NCBI GenBank assembly: GCA_963827685.1
Contig: CAWHBU010000003.1
Coordinates: 1,152,001-1,216,000 of the forward strand
Direction of reading: 5' to 3'
Length of the DNA stretch: 64,000 bases
Source of the DNA: an uncultured delta proteobacterium
GTDB lineage: Bacteria; Desulfobacterota; BSN033; UBA1163
The notes under the pieces were generated by a model that did not search any database, was not told where the DNA came from, and worked only from the letters and a program-made list of their open reading frames with translations. Numbering within the stretch: position 1 is the first letter of the stretch; each line of letters begins with the position of its first letter. The translations under genes were made by a program, and so were the position numbers. Below, one piece after another: positions 10,261-19,920 of this stretch.

Positions 10261-10492
10261 TCATGAAGAAACAAAAAAAATCAATTCTACTGCTCAAACA
10301 ATCATTTCCAACCCATCATTCCAACATTCCAACCTTCCAATATTCCAGGGTTTTAAGAATATCATCAATTTCCTGTGAAATCAACTCTTCGGCTCCCTCC
10401 GGCCTGAAGGCCAAAGTTTGCTCAGAGTTGATACTGAGCGGAGGTCTCAACCCCACCCTCAAAGGAGGATTTTCGCATGGTCGAAGTGTCAA

Positions 10493-11077
10493 TTATTGTC
10501 TTTTGATCAAATCGGGTTTGGGGGTGACGGGCTGCCCTAAGGAAAGATGGCCGACAATGGTTTCTATCGGTTTCCCATCAATGAGGATTTGAACTCGTTT
10601 GATTTCGGGAAAATTCAGGGAAAGGGAATTGACAATGGAATAAACAGTCATCATCTCAGCTGAACTTCCTCCGGGATGATCCTTGGAAAGGGCTGGGTTG
10701 AAATTGACTTTGGCCACTCCTGCGTCACTGATCTGGAGGGTCAATAATTCTGTTCGTGGAGGAAGAGTAGGAATGAGTTTCCCTTTTGGACCTTTGATCA
10801 GCTCGATGATCGTCTCCTTCGCCTCTTCTTTCACTGCATTTTTTTTCAAAATCTTTCTCTTTTCCCCGATCAGATATTCGCCCTCCCTATCTGAAAAATA
10901 AAGGAGGACTTCCTTTCTCTCCACTAAGATGGCCCGTCTCTCAGACAACGGTTTAATGGATCGGAATATCTGCTGATGAGAGAGCAGGATCAAACAGATC
11001 CCGATCAGGATCAGGAAAAAAAGGATCCTACCTCCCCTGCCCTTTTTAGCGGTTCTTTTCTTACGTTTCGGTTTCAT
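10493..11077 (-). CDS. GerMN domain membrane-anchored protein
   Basis: N-terminal TM; ELIKGP, GGSSAEMMTVYSIVNSL, VQILIDG. Confidence 0.85.
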   Translation of the reverse strand: MKPKRKKRTAKKGRGGRILFFLILIGICLILLSHQQIFRSIKPLSERRAILVERKEVLLYFSDREGEYLIGEKRKILKKNAVKEEAKETIIELIKGPKGKLIPTLPPRTELLTLQISDAGVAKVNFNPALSKDHPGGSSAEMMTVYSIVNSLSLNFPEIKRVQILIDGKPIETIVGHLSLGQPVTPKPDLIKRQ

Positions 11078-11088
11078 GAAAAATCCAA

Positions 11089-11345
11089 TTACTTTCCTTC
11101 TGCCATTTTTCCGACAATCGGTAAGGAATACCGTTCTCCCTGAAGAGCCTTAACCATCAGGATGAGCCACAAAATAAGGCTTAAAATCCAAATCGGATAG
11201 ACCAGAAGACCGATAACAGGGATAGATCCCAAGATGAACGAGATAATGAAGAGGCTGAGAAAGGTGATCGTCGATTGCATGGCATGAAGTCTTATAAAAC
11301 GGCGACCCTTTTCCACAATGAGGGAAATTATACCTGTGATGAGTC
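11089..11345 (-). pseudogene. 5'-truncated DUF4870-like membrane protein
   Basis: ITGIISLIVEK..FIRLHAMQS...KALQGERYSLPIVG; the expected N-terminus and a good start are absent. Confidence 0.55.
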
Positions 11346-11500
11346 TTAATTAGATCCTAATAATAATGCAGTTAGCTTATAGGAAACGGCTTCCCGAAAC
11401 CTGACTTGATGTCTGAATATGCCCCAAATAATGAGAATCTTTTGGAGCACTATTACATGTCTTTTTCTCCTTTACCCCCGAGTACAAAATCATGTAAAGT

Positions 11501-11959
11501 TCAGAACCATTTTTTCCTTTGGACGACATAGAGCTGTTCAAATTCTTCATCAGATTTGGTGAGGTAAATGATGCCCTCAATTAATGCTATAACTCCAAGT
11601 ATGATGTTGGGAATAAATAAGAGTACCCAAGTGACTGCAAAGCCAATGGTGTTAATCAAAAGATATACAAGTCCTGGACCTGTAAATCCTAAGTAAAATT
11701 TATGAATTCCTAAACTGCCAAGGAAAATTGCCAGTAGGCCTGCAGCCAGTTTATTCTTTGAACTTGTGGAAGTACTACCGATTGCCACATAAACAGCCTT
11801 CGCGAGATTACCTTCGACATCGAAATCAACAGTGATACCCCGCATTGGCATGCCCGCACTTTTCCATTCTGATCCAGCGAATTGGTACCTTTTCCCATCC
11901 GCACCTGAAATCGTGCCGCTGTTCAATTGGATTGAATAATCTAAGATCTGACCTTTCAT
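11501..11959 (-). CDS. TM2 domain protein with N-terminal OB/cold-shock-like segment
   Basis: KNKLAAGLLAIFLGSLGIHKFYLG; N-term GTISGADGKRYQF..VDF. Confidence 0.85.
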   Translation of the reverse strand: MKGQILDYSIQLNSGTISGADGKRYQFAGSEWKSAGMPMRGITVDFDVEGNLAKAVYVAIGSTSTSSKNKLAAGLLAIFLGSLGIHKFYLGFTGPGLVYLLINTIGFAVTWVLLFIPNIILGVIALIEGIIYLTKSDEEFEQLYVVQRKKWF

Positions 11960-12135
11960 AGACCCTCCCTTCTTCTTAGGGTTAAGAAAACCAAATGTGG
12001 ATTGTTAAGAACATTTACATATATAATCACTTGCTCATTTTAATTGGGGTATATATACGAAACCAGAGATTGCGTGTCAAGCAGAAAAGACCCACAGTAG
12101 TAATCCCTCAGTAATAGGCGGAGATCGTATGCTTA

Positions 12136-12295
12136 GGATCGGGGCGGTCTCTCCGGAGAAAACTTGAAGCGGCACATTTGAGCAACGAGCCAAGGTGCAG
12201 ATACCCTAAAACCGGCCCCTTCAACACCACCCGCCGATTCCCCTCTCTCTAATGATCCGCTTTCCAAGGTTTCGGAGGGGAGACCACCCCGATCC
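12136..12295 (-). ncRNA. candidate ~160-nt rod-like structured RNA (or TIR-bounded element) downstream of uvrA
   Basis: GGATCGGGGTGGTCTC/GAGACCGCCCCGATCC closing stem plus further nested pairings; mismatches read as G-U on the minus strand. Confidence 0.45.
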
Positions 12296-12356
12296 AACCG
12301 CACCGGAGATTGAGAAGTTGCCCACGGTACCACACATTTCGCAGCCTGCAATCGAT

Positions 12357-15176
12357 TCAAGCCAGCGCGAACTGACCTATCTTCTTTTTCAAGAATTGGC
12401 CGGTATAAGACGCTGGATTTTGTGTCAATGCCTCCGGTGTTCCGCATCCAATCACTTCCCCCCCGTTCTCTCCACCCTCCGGGCCAAGGTCAATAATGTA
12501 ATCCGCTGATTTGATGACTTCCATATTATGTTCGATGACGATGACGGTGTTTCCTCTATCGGTGAGCCGGTTGAGGACATCGAGCAGTCTCTGAATATCC
12601 GCAAAATGGAGACCTGTTGTCGGTTCATCTAAAATGTAGACGCTCCTTCCTGTCTCCCTCTTACTCAACTCCCTCGCCAGTTTAATCCGCTGGGCCTCTC
12701 CTCCGGAAAGCGTTGTGGCAGGCTGACCCAACTTGAGGTAACCCAGGCCGACTTCGCAGAGGGTCTGGAGTTTCTGACGAATCACCGGGATAGCCTGAAA
12801 AAAGTCATTCGCCTCTTCGGCGGTCATCTCCAGAACATCGGAGATCGTTCTCCCTTTATATCGGACGTCGAGCGTCTCTCGATTATAGCGTTTCCCACGG
12901 CACTCCTCACAGGTTACATAAACATCAGGAAGAAATTGCATCTCGACTTTCAGGACTCCATCCCCATGGCACGTTTCGCACCGCCCCCCCGATACATTAA
13001 AACTGAAGCGCCCCGGCATAAATCCTCTCATCCTCGATTCTGGAAGCTGGGCAAAGAGGTCTCGTATGGGCTGGAACAGACCTGTATAGGTCGCCGGGTT
13101 GGAACGCGGTGTCCTTCCGATCGGCATCTGATCCACATGGATCACTTTATCCACATATCCCAACCCTTCAATGCCTTTAACAGAAACACAACGCTGTGGA
13201 AGACGATACAACTGCTGGGCCAATAAGCAATAAAGCGTATCAATGATCAAGGTTGATTTCCCTGACCCCGAAACGCCTGTGATACAGGTGAACACCCCCA
13301 GGGGGAACTTCACGTCAATGTTCTTCAGGTTATTTGCCGTGGCGCCCCGGAGGACAAGATATTTTCCTCCGACTGGTCTTCTCTGCTTGGGCAGAGGAAT
13401 GAGTTTTTTCCCGGAGAGATATTGTCCGGTCAATGAATGGCCTGCTTTCGCCAACGCCTCGGGAGGTCCGGTGAAAACCACTTCTCCTCCTCTCTCCCCA
13501 GGCCCGGGTCCCATATCAATGATATAATCGGCAGAACGAATCGTCTCCTCATCGTGCTCCACGACAATGACGGTATTTCCCAGATCCCTTAACCTTTTCA
13601 ATGTCCCCAACAGGCGTAAGTGGTCCCTTTGATGAAGCCCGATACTGGGCTCATCCAGAATGTAGAGCACACCCACTAAACTCGAGCCGATCTGGGTCGC
13701 CAGACGGATGCGCTGGGATTCTCCGCCGGAAAGGGTGGCAGCGGTTCGATCCAGGGTAAGGTAATCCAGACCGACCTCCACCATAAACTTCAACCGCTCT
13801 TCAATCTCTTTCAAAATCCCCTGAGCAATTTTCTGAGATCTTGGGGAAAGCTCCAAACGCTTCAGGAAATCCAATGCCTCCTCAACATAAAGATGAGTGA
13901 CTTCGGCGATCGATCTTCCACCCACCTTGATTGAAAGCACTTCCTTTTTCAGCCGTGTCCCCCCGCAATCGGAACAAGGAGCCACATTCATAAATCCGCC
14001 CAACTCGTCATCTGCGTCTCCGTTCTCTTTCCGTCTCCTCTCCATTTCCGGAATGACCCCTTCAAATTCCTGCCGGAAGAGATGTGATTTCCCTTTCCCC
14101 TTCACCTTAAAGGAGACTTTTTCTCCCTCCGATCCATAGAGAAGAAGGCGCTGAACCGATTTGGACAACCGATTAAATGGAGTATCAAGACCGAAATGAT
14201 AATGTTTCGCCAACCCTCTTAGAATGGGTCTTAAAAAAGCCTCTTCTTTCTCCTTCCATGGAAGGAGAGCGGCTTCGTTCAGTGAGAGGGAGGGATTCGG
14301 AACGATGAGATCAGGATCAAAATAGCGCTTTGTTCCCAATCCGCTGCAGGCAGGGCAGGCACCCTGAGGACTGTTGAAAGAGAACATCCGGGGTGTGATT
14401 TCCGGGAAACTGAATCCGCATTGGATACAGGAGAACTTCTGGCTGAAAATCATGGGAGCCGATCCTTCTCTCTCCACCTTCACAATTCCTTCGGAAAGGT
14501 GTGAAGCGATCTCTAAGGAATCGTTGATTCTCTTTTCCGCTCCTTCTTTAACTACCAACCGATCCACGACAACATCGATCTCATGGTGCTTATTCTTATC
14601 CAGCCGGATCTCTTCGCTGAGATCCCTCATCTGCTTATCAACTCTTACCCTCACAAACCCGTCCCTCCGGAGTTCCTCCAACTCCTTTCGATATTCTCCT
14701 TTTTTCCCTCTTACGATAGGAGAAAGGACAATGAGGGGTGTTCCTTTTGGGAGCTGGAGAAGTGTCTCAGTCATCTGTTGGAGGGTCTGTGAGGAGATAG
14801 CAGAGCCGCAATGCGGGCAGAAAGGTTCTCCGACCCTGGCAAAGAGGAGCCGGAGGTAATCATAGATCTCTGTCACAGTGCCCACAGTAGAACGCGGGTT
14901 TCGTGACATACTCCTCTGATCAATGGCAATAGCCGGAGAGAGACCTTCGATGGATTCTACATTGGCCCTCTCCATCTGCTCTAAAAACTGCCGCGCATAG
15001 GCTGAAAGGGACTCCACGTACCGCCTCTGCCCCTCCGCATAGAGCGTGTCAAAGGCGAGCGTGGACTTACCCGAGCCGCTTAGGCCGGTAATCACCACCA
15101 GACAATTCCGGGGGATCTCCACATCGATATTCTTTAGATTATGAACCTTGGCTCCCCGAATAATGATCTTTTCCAT
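12357..15176 (-). CDS. uvrA: excinuclease ABC subunit A
   Basis: Two ABC modules ([21 protein letters not shown]), zinc fingers; 939 aa. Confidence 0.98.
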   Translation of the reverse strand: MEKIIIRGAKVHNLKNIDVEIPRNCLVVITGLSGSGKSTLAFDTLYAEGQRRYVESLSAYARQFLEQMERANVESIEGLSPAIAIDQRSMSRNPRSTVGTVTEIYDYLRLLFARVGEPFCPHCGSAISSQTLQQMTETLLQLPKGTPLIVLSPIVRGKKGEYRKELEELRRDGFVRVRVDKQMRDLSEEIRLDKNKHHEIDVVVDRLVVKEGAEKRINDSLEIASHLSEGIVKVEREGSAPMIFSQKFSCIQCGFSFPEITPRMFSFNSPQGACPACSGLGTKRYFDPDLIVPNPSLSLNEAALLPWKEKEEAFLRPILRGLAKHYHFGLDTPFNRLSKSVQRLLLYGSEGEKVSFKVKGKGKSHLFRQEFEGVIPEMERRRKENGDADDELGGFMNVAPCSDCGGTRLKKEVLSIKVGGRSIAEVTHLYVEEALDFLKRLELSPRSQKIAQGILKEIEERLKFMVEVGLDYLTLDRTAATLSGGESQRIRLATQIGSSLVGVLYILDEPSIGLHQRDHLRLLGTLKRLRDLGNTVIVVEHDEETIRSADYIIDMGPGPGERGGEVVFTGPPEALAKAGHSLTGQYLSGKKLIPLPKQRRPVGGKYLVLRGATANNLKNIDVKFPLGVFTCITGVSGSGKSTLIIDTLYCLLAQQLYRLPQRCVSVKGIEGLGYVDKVIHVDQMPIGRTPRSNPATYTGLFQPIRDLFAQLPESRMRGFMPGRFSFNVSGGRCETCHGDGVLKVEMQFLPDVYVTCEECRGKRYNRETLDVRYKGRTISDVLEMTAEEANDFFQAIPVIRQKLQTLCEVGLGYLKLGQPATTLSGGEAQRIKLARELSKRETGRSVYILDEPTTGLHFADIQRLLDVLNRLTDRGNTVIVIEHNMEVIKSADYIIDLGPEGGENGGEVIGCGTPEALTQNPASYTGQFLKKKIGQFALA

Positions 15177-15266
15177 TTTTCTCTTTCTTTAAAAGAATTA
15201 ACAGAAAATCCGTAAGGTGTAAACCCCTTAGAACTAATTGGAGTCTGTTTATAAATACGCCTTTTC

Positions 15267-15338
15267 CGTCATGCCGGACTTGATCCGGCATCCAGAAGGT
15301 CTTGAAAGTACTGGATTCCGGCTTTCGCCGGAATGACG
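15267..15338. repeat. CGTC-type REP doublet
   Basis: cgtcatgccggacttgatccggcatccag...ctggattccggctttcgccggaatgacg inverted pair. Confidence 0.8.
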
Positions 15339-15687
15339 ACTTCTTATGAAAACCATAATTTGTGGGCAGACTCTAATGACACGAATGATAGCGAATCTGC
15401 CGAATAACCCCTTGCCAACAGACCTTAACGTTGCAATCACCCTCAGAACAGACTCGGCGGGGACACTGATAAAGCCTTGTAGCGGAACCTTGCGAAGTGA
15501 GGCACCATGGTTTATCGACCTTGCTGGACTTCAGGCTTGGTGAGGTCCTCAATAACCCATCCAATTCTGACAAAACCCGCATTACAAGGCTTTGGAAGTG
15601 TTCCCGGCGGGTCTGATTAATGCAACTGTCAGGTAGAGTCATTCGCTCTATTCGCTGTCATTCGGGAGATTGGTTCACAAAAAACGC

Positions 15688-15806
15688 TTGACAAATCAAA
15701 AAAGGACGGTATAATTTCTTCAAGTTTATTTTATTAAACTTATTTCTTCTTATAATGTCTTACAGATTACTAAACAAATTTCTTTTTATACTGTCCTCAC
15801 AGGGAT
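15688..15806 (+). promoter_or_regulatory. sigma70 promoter and putative operator of the CASDH-nspC operon
   Basis: TTGACA(15688)-16 nt-TATAAT(15710); downstream ~90 nt closely match 35445-35530. Confidence 0.8.
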
Positions 15807-15828
15807 TCGGAGCAGGCGGTGATAAATC

Positions 15829-17022
15829 ATGGCTAAAGTACTGATTATCGGAGCGGGGGGTGTGGGTACGGTTGTTGCTCATAAAGTGGCAAAAGCTCCA
15901 CAGGTGTTTACTGACATCAGGCTAACAAGCCGTACAAAATCAAAATGTGATGTCATTGCTAAGGCAGTAGGCGCCAATAGAATTAAGACGGCTCAGGTTG
16001 ATGCAAATAATATACGTCAATTAGTTGAATTGTTCAAAGGCTTTAAGCCCGAAATGGTCATCAATGTGGCACTGCCTTATCAAGATTTAACGATCATGGA
16101 CGCCTGTCTTGAAACAGGGGTCAATTATTTGGATACCGCAAACTATGAACCGCCCGAGGTCGCCAAATTCGAATATAAATGGCAATGGGCGTACCATGAC
16201 CGATTTCGGAATGCAGGACTAACAGCCATCTTAGGATGTGGTTTTGACCCGGGCGCGACAGGGGTTTTCACCGCTTATGCTTCCAAACACCACTTTGACG
16301 AAATTTATGATCTTGATATTGTTGACTGTAATGCAGGCGACCATGGAAAACCCTTTGCAACCAATTTTAATCCGGAAATCAATATTCGTGAAGTAACCCA
16401 AAGAGGTAAATACTGGGAGAATGGAAAATGGATTGAAACCGAGCCCCACGAAATTCACAAACCGTTAAATTATCCAAATATCGGTCCCAGGGAATCTTAT
16501 CTGATTTACCACGAAGAATTGGAATCATTGGTTAAACATTTTCCGACTCTAAGACGGGCTCGATTTTGGATGACGTTCGGACAAGAGTATTTAACCCATT
16601 TACGTGTGATTCAAAATATTGGAATGGCAAGCATTAAACCGATCCTATATGAGGGCAAAACAATTGTGCCAATTCAATTCCTCAAAGCGGTATTGCCTAA
16701 TCCCGGCGAACTCGGTGAACATTATTCAGGCGAAACCTCCATCGGTTGCCGGATGAGAGGGATGAAGAATCATAAGGAGAAGACGTACTATATCTATAAT
16801 AATTGTAAACACCAGGATGCCTATAAGGAAACCGGAGCACAGGGTGTGAGTTATACCACCGGAGTGCCCGCCATGATTGGCGCCATGATGTTTCTAACTG
16901 GCAAGTGGAAGAAGGCCGGCGTATTTAACGTTGAAGAATTTGACCCCGACCCATTCATGGAGCAATTGAACGTCCACGGACTTCCCTGGCACGAACGGCA
17001 CGACGTGGACCTGGAATTGTGA
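15829..17022 (+). CDS. carboxy(nor)spermidine dehydrogenase (saccharopine dehydrogenase family)
   Basis: IIGAGGVG, NVALPYQD, YLDTANYE, GCGFDPG, FATNFNPEINIRE; adjacent to nspC. Confidence 0.92.
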   Translation: MAKVLIIGAGGVGTVVAHKVAKAPQVFTDIRLTSRTKSKCDVIAKAVGANRIKTAQVDANNIRQLVELFKGFKPEMVINVALPYQDLTIMDACLETGVNYLDTANYEPPEVAKFEYKWQWAYHDRFRNAGLTAILGCGFDPGATGVFTAYASKHHFDEIYDLDIVDCNAGDHGKPFATNFNPEINIREVTQRGKYWENGKWIETEPHEIHKPLNYPNIGPRESYLIYHEELESLVKHFPTLRRARFWMTFGQEYLTHLRVIQNIGMASIKPILYEGKTIVPIQFLKAVLPNPGELGEHYSGETSIGCRMRGMKNHKEKTYYIYNNCKHQDAYKETGAQGVSYTTGVPAMIGAMMFLTGKWKKAGVFNVEEFDPDPFMEQLNVHGLPWHERHDVDLEL

Positions 17023-17182
17023 GAGTATACAATTCAGACATCAGACAATAGACCTTAGACGTCAGATCGAGCTATCTATTGCAAGGCGTGAACTCTAACG
17101 GCTTACAACTTTTCCTATCCCGAAAAAAGTCTGGTGTCTAAAGTCTGAAGTCCAGCGTCTGAGTCGCAGGATAAGTTTCACC

Positions 17183-18313
17183 ATGTCCATTGACTTCAAC
17201 AAAATCCCCTCCCCTTGTTATGTGATTGATGAGCTTTTATTGCGGAATAACCTCCAATTAATAAAGCAGGTTAAAGAAGCTGCCAAAGTTGATATCCTCG
17301 TTTCGTTTAAAGCCTTCTCGAATTGGGGGGTATTTCCGATCTTTAAAGAATACGGTTTTGGCGCTTCAGCAAGCTCCCTCAATGAAGCGCGACTGGCATA
17401 TGAGGAGCTCGGAGTAAGGGCGCATACCTATTCGCCTGCCTACGAAGAAAAGACGACCGAGGACATTTTAAAATATAGCAGTCATATCTCCTTTAATTCC
17501 ATAAACCAATTGCAAAAGTATTCTAAGGTTGCCAGTCAAAAGGGTGTTTCAATTGGCTTGCGTGTGAACCCCGAGTTTTCGGATTCCCCCCATGACATTT
17601 ATAATCCCTGTAAACCCGGCTCCCGGTTTGGCATCACTGCCGACCAGCTTGGCAGCGCCTTACCCCGGGAGGTTGAAGGGCTACATTTTCATACATTGTT
17701 TGAGGCCGATTCCTTTGCTCTCGAAAGAGTGTTGGCTGCTTTCATAAAGAAATTTGGCCGGTATTTACCTAAATTGAAATGGGTGAACATGGGCGGTGGT
17801 CATCTTATAACAAAGAAGGAATACGATATAACTCATTTGGTTAAACTCTTAATCGATTTTAAAAACAAGTATGGTGTCAAAATCATATTAGAACCTGGCA
17901 GCGCTTTTACTTATCAAACGGGTTACCTCGTTTCTACGATATTAGATATTGTTGAAAATAACGGTATAAAAACCGCTATTCTCGATGTTTCATTTACCTG
18001 CCATATGCCCGATTGTCTTGAAATGCCCTATAAACCTGTTATTCTGGGCACCACCGATGAAAGGGCAGGAAAACCGACATACCGAATGGGAGGGGTAAGT
18101 TGTTTGGCGGGTGACTATATGGGAAATTGGTCGTTCGAAAAAGAATTAAAACCCGGCGACAAAATCATCTTTGAGGATATGATTCATTACACCACCGTAA
18201 AAACCACCATGTTCAACGGCGTCAATCATCCTTCCATTGGCATATGGAATGACAAGTCAGAATTTAGGCTAATTAAAGAATTCAATTATCAGGACTATAA
18301 AAATAGATTATGA
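17183..18313 (+). CDS. nspC: carboxy(nor)spermidine decarboxylase
   Basis: PSPCYV, GLHFH, NMGGGH, EPG, HMPDCLEMPY, CLAGD, HYTTVKTTMFNG. Confidence 0.95.
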   Translation: MSIDFNKIPSPCYVIDELLLRNNLQLIKQVKEAAKVDILVSFKAFSNWGVFPIFKEYGFGASASSLNEARLAYEELGVRAHTYSPAYEEKTTEDILKYSSHISFNSINQLQKYSKVASQKGVSIGLRVNPEFSDSPHDIYNPCKPGSRFGITADQLGSALPREVEGLHFHTLFEADSFALERVLAAFIKKFGRYLPKLKWVNMGGGHLITKKEYDITHLVKLLIDFKNKYGVKIILEPGSAFTYQTGYLVSTILDIVENNGIKTAILDVSFTCHMPDCLEMPYKPVILGTTDERAGKPTYRMGGVSCLAGDYMGNWSFEKELKPGDKIIFEDMIHYTTVKTTMFNGVNHPSIGIWNDKSEFRLIKEFNYQDYKNRL

Positions 18314-18453
18314 TTATTTGGCGGTGAGATACAGTATCTTAACAGAAAAATTTCTTTAATGTTAAAGGCTTGGTTCTAAAAATTAGAATAAATCAATGCC
18401 TGGTAAATTTCCAAAGAAAGACGGAAAATGATTTAAGCGGGAGGATTGCGATA

Positions 18454-19560
18454 ATGCCAAAAAGCAAGAAAAGAAAAGTATTCATTAGCTATAGCTCGGA
18501 AGATTCAACGTTAGCGGGAACCATAGGAAATTTATTCAAGAAAGAAGTTAATGTTGAAAAGTTTTTGTACGAAGAATCTATAGATCCTTTGTCTGAATGG
18601 AAACCACAGATAAGGAACAATATAAACAATTGTGAATTACTTATAGTATTAATGACACCTTCTTCAAGAAATTCTGTCTGGGTGCATTTCGAGACGGGGG
18701 CAGCGTGGATAAAATCAATTAAGATTTTGACTCTCTGTGCGAAGGGATTAAGGCCAAGCATGTGGCCCACGTTGAATCAACTTAATGCTATTCAAATAGA
18801 TTCAGTGAAGGGTGTTAGGAAATTATTAAATGTATTAATAAATGAAAAATTTATTAGAAAGAAAGTCAATAATTCGATTATTAAAAGAATCGCGTCAGAA
18901 GGTAGAATGAAAGGCAACTGGGAATTTGTAAGAATTGCAGAAGTAGCAGATAAGCTTGGGGGCTCTCCGTTTGTACTTTCCGAAATGATTAATTATGCTG
19001 AAAAATCTATTTTTGTTGTAGGACAAAATTTATCTTTTATGGCAAAAGAAGCACAAATTCATGAATCGATAAGAAAATGGCTGGAAGCTAAAGCAGGCCG
19101 TAAAATAGAGTTGCTAATTTGTGATCCATGCAGTCATTCAGCGATTCTGCAATACTCAATCATCTTCGATAAAACAAAATTTATTGAAGATCTCTACGAT
19201 GCGATTAAGGTATTTAAAAAATTGCAGAAGAAATTGGGTAGAAGGAAATTCAAGGTGAAACTTGCAAAATCAGTTCCTCTTTCTTTAACAATAACAGATG
19301 GTAGCCTTCCAAGTGGGAGAATGTCTATAACCCCTATTGTCTTTACACCTGTTTCAGAGGAAAGGCCGGTATTTATGATAAAGAGAAAAACAAATGAGAC
19401 TGTCTTCAGTCACTATTATAATAATTATTATGAAAGGTTCAGATATTCAAAAAGAAATGTTGATAATGTAACCAATAAAGAAATTAAAGAATGCAATAAG
19501 CTTATGTCACATCCAGAGTTATCAAGTATCATTAGAAAAGAGAAATCCAAAACAAAATAA
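18454..19560 (+). CDS. TIR-domain protein with C-terminal DUF5919/PLD-like domain
   Basis: KVFISYSSED, S.WVHFETGAAW (catalytic E); low GC; GGGAGG RBS before ATG 18454. C-terminal domain call is tentative. Confidence 0.75.
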   Translation: MPKSKKRKVFISYSSEDSTLAGTIGNLFKKEVNVEKFLYEESIDPLSEWKPQIRNNINNCELLIVLMTPSSRNSVWVHFETGAAWIKSIKILTLCAKGLRPSMWPTLNQLNAIQIDSVKGVRKLLNVLINEKFIRKKVNNSIIKRIASEGRMKGNWEFVRIAEVADKLGGSPFVLSEMINYAEKSIFVVGQNLSFMAKEAQIHESIRKWLEAKAGRKIELLICDPCSHSAILQYSIIFDKTKFIEDLYDAIKVFKKLQKKLGRRKFKVKLAKSVPLSLTITDGSLPSGRMSITPIVFTPVSEERPVFMIKRKTNETVFSHYYNNYYERFRYSKRNVDNVTNKEIKECNKLMSHPELSSIIRKEKSKTK

Positions 19561-19596
19561 ATACTTACATGCCATTCGTTTATATGGAGGTGGGTT

Positions 19597-19725
19597 TACA
19601 CAACCGTGAAAACAACGATGTTCAACGGCGCCAATCATCCCTTCATTGGTATATGGAATGAAAAATCAGGATTGAGATTAATTAGAGAATTCAATTACCA
19701 GGATTATAAGAATAGATTATCTTGA
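19597..19725 (+). pseudogene. diverged duplicate of the nspC 3' end
   Basis: Encodes YTTVKTTMFNGANHPFIGIWNEKSGLRLIREFNYQDYKNRLS*, paralogous to 18188-18313. Confidence 0.92.
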
Positions 19726-19920
19726 TACTCTGTTTCTAAGTGAAGTGAAAAAGGGAATATCGGACAGGCAGGGGTGTGGATCGAGTATATCGGGGGAAAA
19801 TAATTTCCGGGTTTTGAAGGGTCCGCCTTGGTTGTGACTCTTTGGTTTTTTTATAAAGCAGGGCACAACGCTTTTTCTGGTCTTGGAGTCGCAGAAAAAC
19901 CATTTACGTTAAATAGCGAT

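Noticed and set aside
12136-12295. Firm call as 6S RNA (ssrS)
   Set aside because: Size and rod shape fit, but I see no recognisable 6S motifs or usual synteny; kept only as an unnamed candidate.
15346-15642. Small ORFs between uvrA and CASDH (possible decayed toxin gene)
   Set aside because: No recognisable motif or RBS in any frame; cannot be supported.
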